Source of the DNA: an uncultured Gammaproteobacteria bacterium
GTDB lineage: Bacteria; Patescibacteriota; Microgenomatia; Levybacterales; UBA12049
DNA length: 64,000 nucleotides
Direction: 5' to 3'
Assembly (NCBI GenBank): GCA_965230895.1
Contig: OZ246394.1
Location: forward strand, 1,441,887-1,505,886
Shown in pieces: positions 54,607 through 64,000 of the stretch (position 1 is the stretch's first letter; each line of letters begins with the position of its first letter). Below the pieces are notes generated by a model. The model had not been told where the DNA came from, searched no databases, and saw only the letters and a program-made list of their open reading frames with translations. The translations under genes and the position numbers were made by a program.

Positions 54607-57600
54607 ATGAAGGATCAAACTCTAACAATTCAAGAAGCTGCAAAATTCCTTGGAGTAGCTACCAAGACTCTCCGCCGATGGGACGAGAGTGGGCGATTAA
54701 AGCCTGAGCGAACAGTTGGGAACCAACGTCGCTACTCACTCTCAGAACTTGAAGCATTCCAACAAACTAAGCCCCAATTTCCAGTTATTTCCGATCCTGC
54801 TTCTGAAGCTCCTCTACCTTCCCATATTGCTGTCGCACAAGAGGCTGTAGATTTACAAGCAAAAAATGCAGTTAATGAACAGCCACAATTCTCTGGAGTT
54901 GTTGATGCTCAAGTTTCCAAGACGGAAGTAAAAGAAGAAGTTTCGAAGCCACAGCCTTTTGGTTTGGGAACTGTACCAATGCAAAGTTCACTTGAGAGAA
55001 AGGAATCAAATGATAACTCTAACGAATCAAAAGGCATCAAGATTGGTTTCTTTTCTCATCCTCATTATGCGATGGCTCTGGCTGGCGCTTTAGCTCTGCT
55101 TCTCCTTTTCTTCACCTTTGGCTTCATTAATGCTCAGAATGCAAATGACACTGATCTCGCTTTCCAGAATAAGGCTGTTCTTGCTGCAGGGGATAAGACG
55201 CCGTTGATTGTGCTTCGGGTGAACGTTCCAAGTGTCTTTGGAAAACAAGCAACCTTCCTCGACAGTGTAAATATCCAGAAGGGTCTTACGGTTGGTGGCG
55301 TGGCTACATTGAGTGGAGGTGTGGTCACAAATAACGCAGATATCAATGCTGGAACTGGTCGACTGACTGCATCAAATGTAATCTATTCATTGCTTGCTGG
55401 ATCAAATATCTCAATCACCGGTGATCCTCAAAATCCTACAATCGCTGCAGATTTTGGGAGTGGCTTGGTTTCATCCTTCCAAGGTGAAACCGGTGCTGTC
55501 ACATTGCTTCAGGGTTCAGGTATTGGGCTTGACGGATTAACGATAACAAACACTGGTGTACTCTCTGTTCAAGGCCAAACAGGGTCTGTTACCTTCACTG
55601 GCGGCAATGGAGTAAGTGTCTCAGGCACCACGATCAACAATACTGATCCTGGATCTGCACAAAATATCTTCAAGAGTATTATTGCTGGCTCAACGACTAT
55701 AGACGCAAATTCAAATAATGATTCAGTCACATTTGCAGCTGGTTCAGGCATTACTATAACAGGTAATGCGGGTAGTAAGACTGTGACAATTACGAGCAAT
55801 GCTAGTGGTACATTATCAGGTTTAACCACAAATGGCGTACTCTACGCAACCGATCCAAACAATGCTTCAAGTACAACAGCTGGTACAACTGGCACAGTGC
55901 TCAAAGGTGTTACCGCTGGAGCGCCTATCTTTGGAGCAGTAGATTTATCAGCTGATGTGACAGGCCTTCTGGCTGTTAATCGGGGCGGTACAGGTTTGAC
56001 TACAACACCAACCAATGGCCAACTTCTTATCGGCAATGGTGCTGGTTACAGTCTTGGAACAATCACTGCTGGAGCAGGAATCGGTGTCAGCAATGGTGCA
56101 GGCACAATTTCACTTACGAACAACGGCGTTTTGTCTATAACGGGCACAGCGAATCAGATAACCACTTCAGGAAGTACTGGTGCGATTACTCTTTCATTGC
56201 CTCAAGATATTGCAACAAGTTCAAATCCGATCTTTTCATCGCTCAGTCTGACGGCCAATACCAATCAACTGACTTTGGGTACTGGGAACACTGGAGTTTT
56301 GACACTTAGCGCCTTGTCCGGCAATCGAACTTATACATTGCCTGATGCGTCTGGAGAAATCTGTCTCTCGATTGGTAATTGTCCGGGAGGTGGAGGAGGA
56401 ACCATTGGAGGATCGGGAACGACGAATTACCTCCCGCGCTTTACTAGCGCAACCAATCTGGGCAACTCGCTCATTTACGATACCGGAACGAAGATTGGTA
56501 TAGGCACAACCAGCCCGCAAGGGCTTTTTTCCGTTGTTGGGGGTGCTGCTGGACAAGCCTTAGTTAGCCTCGACGAAACAGGTGATCAAAATATCTTGGT
56601 CGGGTCAGCCTCTGGCACAACACGCTTTGTCTTCGATCGAGCAGGCAATCTCAACATCAATGGCGGTTCGTATCAGATTGGAGGTTCAAATGTTTTGACC
56701 TCAACGACATTGGGGTCAAGTGTCACTGGATCCTCTTTGACGAGTGTCAGTACGCTTAATGCTGGCTCAATAGCTTCAGGCTTTGGTTCAATTGACGTGG
56801 GAGCAGATTCGATTTCTGGTGGAGACATCACTGCAACCGGTTCAACTGGAATTACTATAACAGGCAATGGAGCTGGATTGACCTTTTCAGGCACGGGTAA
56901 TCATGTCATAAATGCATCATCTGGAGTACTTCAATTTGGGGCAGCTACGTTGACCGGTGCAATCACGGGTAATAATCAAAATATCACTGGACTTTCCAAT
57001 TTATCAGCTGCTGGAACGATCACATTTAGTGGACTATCAACAGGAGTAGTGAAAAGCAATGGTTCGGGTGTCCTTTCATCAAGTGCGGTTGGCTTGAACA
57101 CAAGTGATGTCACCGGAATTCTTGGTCCAACAAATGGTGGTACTGGCTTGAACAGTTACAATGCAGGAGATCTCATTTACGCATCAGGATCAAATACACT
57201 AGCTGCACGGGCAATTGGAACAAATGGACAAATTTTGACTGTTTCCGGTGGCGTACCAGTCTGGGCTGATGCTGGCGGACTTATCAATTTCTGGCAAAGA
57301 GCAAATGGTGCAATTTCACCGCTTAACATCACAGACGATTTCCTCATCGGTGGAACTGCGACATCATCAGCTCGATTCCAAATTTCTGGAACAACCGGTG
57401 ATGCTTCAACTTCCGGTAGCATAACTTTCAGAAATGGCGGATCAATCCAGACAACTTCTAATCAATCATTTACGATTGGTGGTAGTACAACAGGCAACAT
57501 TACACTTGCTCCGTTAAATGGCAATGGTGTCGTCACTGTCAATGGAGACCTCAATCTTGCTTCAGGAAAGGCTTTGCAGATTAACGGATCAAGTGTCCTC

Positions 57601-60600
57601 ACTGCAAGTACATTGGGTTCAAGTGTCATTAATTCCTCACTGACTTCAGTTGGGGCGTTAACAGGTGGATCAATCGCTTCAGGTTTTGGAACGATCACAA
57701 CAACCAATACCATCACCGGCACGACATTAAACGGGACAACAGGTATCAATACTGGCGCATCAGCTGGAACACAGCGAATCGATGCATCAGGCAACTTGGT
57801 TAATATAGGAAACATTACCGCGAGCGGGACAATTACCTTTAGTGGCTTATCAACGAACAATGGCTTGCTTTACACCAATGGTTCAGGAGTTGTTTCTCAA
57901 GCAGCAGCTGGAACATCAGGCCAACTCCTTGTTGCAAATGGTTCTGGTGTCCCAACATTTGTGACACTTTCAAGTGATGCAACATTGGCTGCAAATGGTA
58001 CGTTAACAATCGGTGCTGATGCTGTAGCGTTGGGAACGGATACTACCGGAAATTATGTCGCGACATTATCTTCAGGAAATGGTATCTCAGCGGCAGCAAC
58101 GGGAGAAGGTTCCACTCCGACGATTGCGCTTGCAGCATTGACAGCTGATTGGAATCAGACAGGTGGATTTGACATCGTCTTGGGAAATGCTTCAAGTGAG
58201 CTTCGAATCATGGAATCATCAGGAGCTACATATTACGGAACAATTGATGTCGGAGATCTGACCAATAATCAAACATATACGTTCCCAGATGCATCTGGTA
58301 CCGTTTGTCTGCTTGAAGCTGCAAATTGTACAGGTGGAGCAAGCAGTTCTAAGTGGCAGAGAAATGGTACAGTGCTTGCACCATTAACAGCCTCAGATCA
58401 AGTTGTTCTCGGTGGTAATACTACGACTGACTTCCAATTTGAAGTAAATGGATATCGAGTCGGTAAAGCATTGGTTTCATTTAATCAGACAGGTGATCAA
58501 AACATACTTACTGCAAGTTCATCAGGTGTGACAAAGTTCAACCTTACGAACACCGGCAATATAGAATTCGCAGGCAATACAAGTTTCCTTAATACACTTA
58601 CCTCAGTGGCGACTGCAAATAGAACATACACATTGCCTGATGCTGATGGCACAATTTGTTTGACGACAGGTAATTGTGCTGGTGTCGGTGGAGGACTTAC
58701 TGGTGCAGGAACTTCAGGACAAATTGCATTCTTCAATGGCACAGGAACTTTGACTTCTGAGACTTCAGGATTTGCCTGGGATGCAACCAACAATAAATTA
58801 GGTATCGGCAATGACACGCCGACAGGTAAATTGGATGTTACTGGCGCAAATCTTGGAAAAGCGCTTGTCATCTTCAATGAAACAGGCGATCAAGATATTC
58901 TAGTTGGATCTGCTTCTGGAACAACACGATTTGTCTTTGACCGAACAGGTAACTTAAATCTTAATGGTGGAGCGTATCAAATCGGAGGGGCAACCGTGCT
59001 TAGTTCTACAACGCTTGGATCAAGTGTTGTTTCATCTTCACTGACATCCGTTGGTGCATTAACTGGCGGATCAATTGCATCTGGATTTGGGACAATCGCA
59101 ACAAATAACACCATTACCGGTACTACTATAAATGGTACGACAGGAATTAATACTGGAGCAGGTGCTGGTACACAGCGAATTGATAACAATGGTAATCTCT
59201 CAAATATCGGAACGATTAATGCTTCAGGTGCTTTGACCTTTGGCAACTACACAACCAACGGTGGACTCTTATATACAAATGGTTCTGGAGTCGTTGGTCA
59301 AACTGGTGCAGGAACATCAGGACAAGTGCTCCAATCCAATGCAGGTGGTGCTCCAACATGGGTTGATGCAGCAACACTCGGCACGAATTATTGGCAGCGA
59401 ATTGCTGGTACAGTAAGTCCACTCAATATTACTGATGATCTTTTGATCGGTGGAACTGCGACAAGTTCTGCAAAGTTCCAAGTATTTGCAAATACAGGAA
59501 ATGCAACAACATCAGGTAATCTAACATTCAATGCAGCAAGTGCAATTCAGACGACACGAAATCAATCACTCACAATCGGAGGCGACACAACAGGCAATAT
59601 CACACTTTCACCTTTGAATGGTAACGGTACCGTGACTTCAACTGGAGACTTGAATCTTGCAACGGGTAAAGGTTACCAAATCAATGGAGCAAATGTTTTG
59701 ACTGCAACAGCACTTGGATCAAGTGTGGTTTCATCATCGCTTACATCGGTTGGTGCGTTAACTGGCGGATCAATTGGATCTGGATTTGGAACAATCGCAA
59801 CAAGTAACACAATCACTGGTACAACATTGAATGGTACGACAGGAATTAATACAGGAGCAGGAGCGGGAATACTCCGAATAGATAATAATGGCAATCTTTC
59901 TAACATCGGTACAATCGATTCCACATACTTGGATGCTACTGGTAATAATGTTAACTTGGCTGCATCAACCAATTTGCAATTCAATGGAACAACCGTTATT
60001 AATAGTTCACGAGAACTTAGTAACTTGACTGGATTGTCTACAAGTCTTAATCCGACTGCAGCAAATACGTATGCACTTGGTACAGGAACTGGCAATCAAT
60101 TCTCAACAATTTATGGACAGGCTTTGTATCAAAATGGCAATCAAGTTTGTGATACTTCAGGTAACTGTTCTGGATTGTCAGTTAATTATTGGGATCAGGC
60201 AAATGGTGTTATCAATCCAAAGAATGCAACGCTCGATTTCTTGGTAGGTGGCAACGCTACTGCTTCAGCTAAATTTGCAGTTTTGAACATTAACTCTGGC
60301 ATTCCAACAGCATCTGTTTCAGCAGGGACAAATGGTGCTGCTTATTTGACTGCAGCTGGAACGTTGCAAACTACGGCAAATCAGACTTTGACTATCGGAG
60401 GAAATTCAACTGGAAATATTATTCTTTCACCACTTGGTGGTTCAGGTACGGTTACTTCAACAGGCGATTTGAATTTGGCAAGTGGTAAGCAATTCCTTAT
60501 TAATGGTGCATCTGTTTTGACATCAACAGCACTTGGTACAGGAGTTGTTTCATCATCCCTCACAAGTGTCGGCGCATTAACTGGAGGATCAATCGGATCA

Positions 60601-63600
60601 GGTTTCGGTACGATCGCAACTGCAAATACCATCACTGGTACAACAGTAAATGGTACGACAGGAATTAATACTGGAGCAGGTGCTGGAACACTCCGAATCG
60701 ATAACAATGGTAACCTTTCAAACATTGGCACAATCAATGCAAGTGGTGCGATTACCTTTAGCAACTTGGGTGCGGGTATCGTGAAATCAACAGGTGGTGG
60801 ACTGCTTTCATCTTCTGCATTGAATTTGGCAAGTGGTACAGAAGTTACTGGAACGCTCGGAGCAGGAAATGGTGGTACAGGATTCAATTCTTATGCAACT
60901 GGTGATCTCCTGGTTGGAAATGGTTCAAGTACATTGAGTAAGTTGGCTATTGGCACAGACGGGCAAATTCTCTCAATAGCTGGTGGAACTCCTTCATGGA
61001 TTTCAAGTTCATCAATTAATTATTGGCAGCGAGCAAATGGATCACTTGCTCCGTTAAATATTACTGATGATCTTTTGATCGGTGGCACTGCGACAAGTTC
61101 AGCGAAGTTCCATGTCTATGGTTTGACAGGGAATGCTTCAACATCTGGTACATTAACTTTTGATACCGTAGGCAATATCCAAACGACTCGAAATCAAGCA
61201 TTAACCATCGGTGGAAATGCAACAGGAAATATTGCTTTGATGCCACAAAACGGTGCAGGTATGGTCGGTATAGGTACAACAACTCCAACCAATTCACTCA
61301 CTATTGGTGATGGTGGTATTACTATTAATAGAACAGGCGGTTTGGATCCAAATCTTGTCTTCAGTACAAGTGGAACAGCTCAAGCACAGATCCGTGGTGC
61401 AACTGATGGATCACTTTCATTTACCAATGGAAATGCTGGTACAACATGGGGCATCTTTAATTCAGTTGGAAGCTTTGGACTTGGTACTGGTTCAACGCCA
61501 CTTGCACGACTTGATGTAAGGGGTAATTCAGGGACAACTCCAGTTGCATCATTCTCTGGCAACACATCAAGAGCTGCGATGCTCGTTGATAATAATGGAG
61601 TAGGCGACTTGTTCACCGCTTCAAAGAGTGGCGCTACCAAGTTTGTCATCGCAAACAATGGTAACGTCGGCATCGGTACACCAACTCCAAATTCTGCATT
61701 GAGTATCGTCAATCCGATTGCAGCACAAACAGGATTAACGATCCGCGCGAATGCCTCACAAAGTACAAATACATTTGTTATTGAAGATAGTGGTGGTACT
61801 CCACAGTTCACTATTGATCAATATGGTGGCATCTATGGCTCAAATGGATTAACAATTGATCGATATGCTGGTATCGGTACAGGTGGAAGTTCTGGAACGC
61901 AACTCCGAATTCAGACAATTACAGTCAACGATGTTGGTTTTGATACCACTGGTATGAATGGGCAAATCGCAAATCTTGCAAACTTCAATCCAGTCTTTGG
62001 TTATACAGGTGCATGGTTTGATGAATCCGCAAACTTACGTATCGGCAATGGAGCTCCTGATACAGGTAAATTAAATGTAACGGGTGCATATACAGGAAAG
62101 GCATTGGCAATTTTTAATGAGATAGGCAACCAAGATATCTTTACCGCATCAAGTGCTGGAACGACACGATTCACAATCGCAAATAATGGCACACTTACAG
62201 CATCTGCCTACACAACAGCAGGCGGACTCTTATACACAAATGGTACAGGAACAGTCGCCCAAACAGGTGCTGGCACATCCGGTCAATGTCTTTTCGGTGG
62301 TGCAACTCCTTCATGGGGAACTTGTGCAGTGGGTACGAATTATTGGAATGTTTCAAATGGTGCACTTTCTCCTGTTAATAATACCCTTGATCTGTTGATT
62401 GGAGGAACAGCTTCATCATCAGCAAAGTTTGCGTTCCTTAATGCGAATTCAGGAACTCCAACAGCAAGTATCTCTGCTAATTCTGGTGGAAATGCAACAT
62501 ACTTAACAGGAGATGGCACACTTTCTACAACATTAAATAGAACATTAAGCTTGAATCCAAACGGCGGAAATGTAGGAATCGGCACAACAAATGCTACACA
62601 AAAGCTTACGGTAAACGGAAGAATCAGAACCGATGGAGGAATGGTCTTCAATCAAGGATTGGCGCCAACAGCTAACTTCATTTATGTCGGAGGAGATACC
62701 GCGGGTGCTACCGATCAACAGTTCGGATTTGTTCTTGCAGGTGTTGGTTCTACAACTGCCGCACAAGGAGGATACTTTGTCGGTAGAGGAAATAACTTCA
62801 GTGACATTTCAAATCAAAAAGGAAATATGTATTTTGCTGCTGGGAATCCAGGTGGAGCAGGAGCACTTGAAGGATCTCTCAATTTCTTAACGGGAAACGA
62901 AGTGAATCGAATGATGATTACAAATGCCGGTACCATCGGTGTTGGCACAACAAGTCCACTTGCAACATTGGATGTCCGAGGACAAGTTGGTACCAATCCA
63001 ATTGCTTCATTCTCAGGATCAACTTCAAGAGCAGGATTGATTGTTGATAATAGCGGAACAGGGGATCTTTTCTCAGCTTCATCATCAGGACTTAATCGAT
63101 TTGTTGTGAAGCAAGATGGTAATGTGGGTATCGGTACAGCCACTCCAAATTCAAAGCTTGAGGTAGCGGGTCAAGTACGTACAAGTGGGGCATCCGGAGG
63201 ATACAGATTGGAGGCACAAGATAATGGTGGATCCTTCTATACATTATATAGTGCTTCAGGGGAATTAACATTTTATGGAGGGCTTAATGTTCGTGCAATC
63301 TTAACAGCAAGCGGCTTATTTGGCTTAGGAACAAATGTTTATGATCCACAAGCACAAATGGATATCCGAAGTACACTTGGGACGCAACCGATAGCATCAC
63401 TCTCAGGTACTACTTCACGAGCAGGTTTTGTTGTTGACAACAATGGAGTTGGAGACCTTTTCACAGCATCAAAGAGCGGCGCAACGAAGTTTACAATCTT
63501 GAACAATGGAAACATTTCAATGAACAACTACAACAACTGTGGTATGTTGACGACAGTTGGAACGGTGCTCACATGTAGCTCTGCGCCAGCAGGAAGTACA

Positions 63601-64000
63601 AATTATTGGAATCTTGCGAATGGTACATTGGCTCCAGTAAATACTACACTTGATCTGTTGGTTGGTGGTACTTCTTCATCATCAGCAAAGTTTGCAGTCT
63701 TGAATGTTAATTCCGGTACGCCAACTGCGTCCATATCTGCAACAGGTACAGGAAACGGCTTGGCTTTAGCAGGGGATGGTACTATCCAATCGCTCAGAAA
63801 GAATACATTAACGCTTGGAGGATCGACGACAGGTGATATCTTGTTCAAGCCAAATAATTCTTCAAGTAGTTTATACCTAGGATCAAATGGAAGTGTAGGT
63901 CTCGGTACGACAGATACCTCAGCTGGAAAGTTTACAGTTTCGGGAACATATACTGATCCAGCTGATGGTTATGCAGGCCTTGCTATTAGTCCAACATTTA
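54607..64000 (+). CDS. Giant fibre-like surface protein 3 (over 3130 aa, runs off the window; absent from the ORF track)
   Basis: ATG 54607 reads MKDQTLTIQEAAKFLGVATKTLRRWDESGRLKPERTVGNQRRYS; same post-TM domain and shaft modules as paralogues; the same frame still reads ADGYAGLAISPTF at 63961-63999 and the track reports no stop-terminated ORF in this frame. Confidence 0.9.
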   Translation, partial: MKDQTLTIQEAAKFLGVATKTLRRWDESGRLKPERTVGNQRRYSLSELEAFQQTKPQFPVISDPASEAPLPSHIAVAQEAVDLQAKNAVNEQPQFSGVVDAQVSKTEVKEEVSKPQPFGLGTVPMQSSLERKESNDNSNESKGIKIGFFSHPHYAMALAGALALLLLFFTFGFINAQNANDTDLAFQNKAVLAAGDKTPLIVLRVNVPSVFGKQATFLDSVNIQKGLTVGGVATLSGGVVTNNADINAGTGRLTASNVIYSLLAGSNISITGDPQNPTIAADFGSGLVSSFQGETGAVTLLQGSGIGLDGLTITNTGVLSVQGQTGSVTFTGGNGVSVSGTTINNTDPGSAQNIFKSIIAGSTTIDANSNNDSVTFAAGSGITITGNAGSKTVTITSNASGTLSGLTTNGVLYATDPNNASSTTAGTTGTVLKGVTAGAPIFGAVDLSADVTGLLAVNRGGTGLTTTPTNGQLLIGNGAGYSLGTITAGAGIGVSNGAGTISLTNNGVLSITGTANQITTSGSTGAITLSLPQDIATSSNPIFSSLSLTANTNQLTLGTGNTGVLTLSALSGNRTYTLPDASGEICLSIGNCPGGGGGTIGGSGTTNYLPRFTSATNLGNSLIYDTGTKIGIGTTSPQGLFSVVGGAAGQALVSLDETGDQNILVGSASGTTRFVFDRAGNLNINGGSYQIGGSNVLTSTTLGSSVTGSSLTSVSTLNAGSIASGFGSIDVGADSISGGDITATGSTGITITGNGAGLTFSGTGNHVINASSGVLQFGAATLTGAITGNNQNITGLSNLSAAGTITFSGLSTGVVKSNGSGVLSSSAVGLNTSDVTGILGPTNGGTGLNSYNAGDLIYASGSNTLAARAIGTNGQILTVSGGVPVWADAGGLINFWQRANGAISPLNITDDFLIGGTATSSARFQISGTTGDASTSGSITFRNGGSIQTTSNQSFTIGGSTTGNITLAPLNGNGVVTVNGDLNLASGKALQINGSSVLTASTLGSSVINSSLTSVGALTGGSIASGFGTITTTNTITGTTLNGTTGINTGASAGTQRIDASGNLVNIGNITASGTITFSGLSTNNGLLYTNGSGVVSQAAAGTSGQLLVANGSGVPTFVTLSSDATLAANGTLTIGADAVALGTDTTGNYVATLSSGNGISAAATGEGSTPTIALAALTADWNQTGGFDIVLGNASSELRIMESSGATYYGTIDVGDLTNNQTYTFPDASGTVCLLEAANCTGGASSSKWQRNGTVLAPLTASDQVVLGGNTTTDFQFEVNGYRVGKALVSFNQTGDQNILTASSSGVTKFNLTNTGNIEFAGNTSFLNTLTSVATANRTYTLPDADGTICLTTGNCAGVGGGLTGAGTSGQIAFFNGTGTLTSETSGFAWDATNNKLGIGNDTPTGKLDVTGANLGKALVIFNETGDQDILVGSASGTTRFVFDRTGNLNLNGGAYQIGGATVLSSTTLGSSVVSSSLTSVGALTGGSIASGFGTIATNNTITGTTINGTTGINTGAGAGTQRIDNNGNLSNIGTINASGALTFGNYTTNGGLLYTNGSGVVGQTGAGTSGQVLQSNAGGAPTWVDAATLGTNYWQRIAGTVSPLNITDDLLIGGTATSSAKFQVFANTGNATTSGNLTFNAASAIQTTRNQSLTIGGDTTGNITLSPLNGNGTVTSTGDLNLATGKGYQINGANVLTATALGSSVVSSSLTSVGALTGGSIGSGFGTIATSNTITGTTLNGTTGINTGAGAGILRIDNNGNLSNIGTIDSTYLDATGNNVNLAASTNLQFNGTTVINSSRELSNLTGLSTSLNPTAANTYALGTGTGNQFSTIYGQALYQNGNQVCDTSGNCSGLSVNYWDQANGVINPKNATLDFLVGGNATASAKFAVLNINSGIPTASVSAGTNGAAYLTAAGTLQTTANQTLTIGGNSTGNIILSPLGGSGTVTSTGDLNLASGKQFLINGASVLTSTALGTGVVSSSLTSVGALTGGSIGSGFGTIATANTITGTTVNGTTGINTGAGAGTLRIDNNGNLSNIGTINASGAITFSNLGAGIVKSTGGGLLSSSALNLASGTEVTGTLGAGNGGTGFNSYATGDLLVGNGSSTLSKLAIGTDGQILSIAGGTPSWISSSSINYWQRANGSLAPLNITDDLLIGGTATSSAKFHVYGLTGNASTSGTLTFDTVGNIQTTRNQALTIGGNATGNIALMPQNGAGMVGIGTTTPTNSLTIGDGGITINRTGGLDPNLVFSTSGTAQAQIRGATDGSLSFTNGNAGTTWGIFNSVGSFGLGTGSTPLARLDVRGNSGTTPVASFSGNTSRAAMLVDNNGVGDLFTASKSGATKFVIANNGNVGIGTPTPNSALSIVNPIAAQTGLTIRANASQSTNTFVIEDSGGTPQFTIDQYGGIYGSNGLTIDRYAGIGTGGSSGTQLRIQTITVNDVGFDTTGMNGQIANLANFNPVFGYTGAWFDESANLRIGNGAPDTGKLNVTGAYTGKALAIFNEIGNQDIFTASSAGTTRFTIANNGTLTASAYTTAGGLLYTNGTGTVAQTGAGTSGQCLFGGATPSWGTCAVGTNYWNVSNGALSPVNNTLDLLIGGTASSSAKFAFLNANSGTPTASISANSGGNATYLTGDGTLSTTLNRTLSLNPNGGNVGIGTTNATQKLTVNGRIRTDGGMVFNQGLAPTANFIYVGGDTAGATDQQFGFVLAGVGSTTAAQGGYFVGRGNNFSDISNQKGNMYFAAGNPGGAGALEGSLNFLTGNEVNRMMITNAGTIGVGTTSPLATLDVRGQVGTNPIASFSGSTSRAGLIVDNSGTGDLFSASSSGLNRFVVKQDGNVGIGTATPNSKLEVAGQVRTSGASGGYRLEAQDNGGSFYTLYSASGELTFYGGLNVRAILTASGLFGLGTNVYDPQAQMDIRSTLGTQPIASLSGTTSRAGFVVDNNGVGDLFTASKSGATKFTILNNGNISMNNYNNCGMLTTVGTVLTCSSAPAGSTNYWNLANGTLAPVNTTLDLLVGGTSSSSAKFAVLNVNSGTPTASISATGTGNGLALAGDGTIQSLRKNTLTLGGSTTGDILFKPNNSSSSLYLGSNGSVGLGTTDTSAGKFTVSGTYTDPADGYAGLAISPTF

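Noticed and set aside
27379-63848. Many minus-strand ORFs rich in P/V/A (e.g. 33100..33786, 46395..47456, 41273..42256)
   Set aside because: Antisense shadows of the biased, repetitive plus-strand genes; no independent motifs or starts.
25319-64000. Prophage tail-fibre region
   Set aside because: No capsid, terminase, portal, integrase or tail-tube genes; the proteins have TM anchors and host-type promoters.

Overview
Bacterial chromosomal fragment, standard genetic code. Gene content and protein style suggest Patescibacteria/CPR, probably Microgenomates (inference only). The first 17.6 kb holds the 3' part of leuS, comEA plus a split comEC, a receiver/adaptor/histidine-kinase trio, argS, two dockerin-tailed surface proteins, an HEXXH orphan peptidase, an M16 peptidase and ndk. 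At 17.6-24 kb (minus strand) is an F-type ATPase-like operon in the order c-like, b, delta, alpha, gamma, beta, epsilon. It has its own promoter and no subunit a gene. Its c-like gene lacks the ion-carrying carboxylate and is fused to an exported domain that is clearly homologous (28/70 identical, ungapped, counted by hand) to a domain near the C-terminus of a neighbouring giant fibre protein. On the opposite strand (25.3-64 kb) are three giant paralogous Gly/Thr/Ser/Asn-rich fibre-like genes: about 5260 aa (interrupted by a single-base frameshift), 2855 aa, and over 3130 aa (missing from the ORF track). Each begins with a MerR/BldC-like HTH and a TM helix and sits behind the same conserved promoter block. 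An M23-peptidase/LamG surface protein lies among them. The best candidate for an undescribed system is an a-less, ion-uncoupled F1-like motor linked to giant HTH-tethered surface fibres. No rRNA, tRNA, CRISPR array or intact mobile element was seen.
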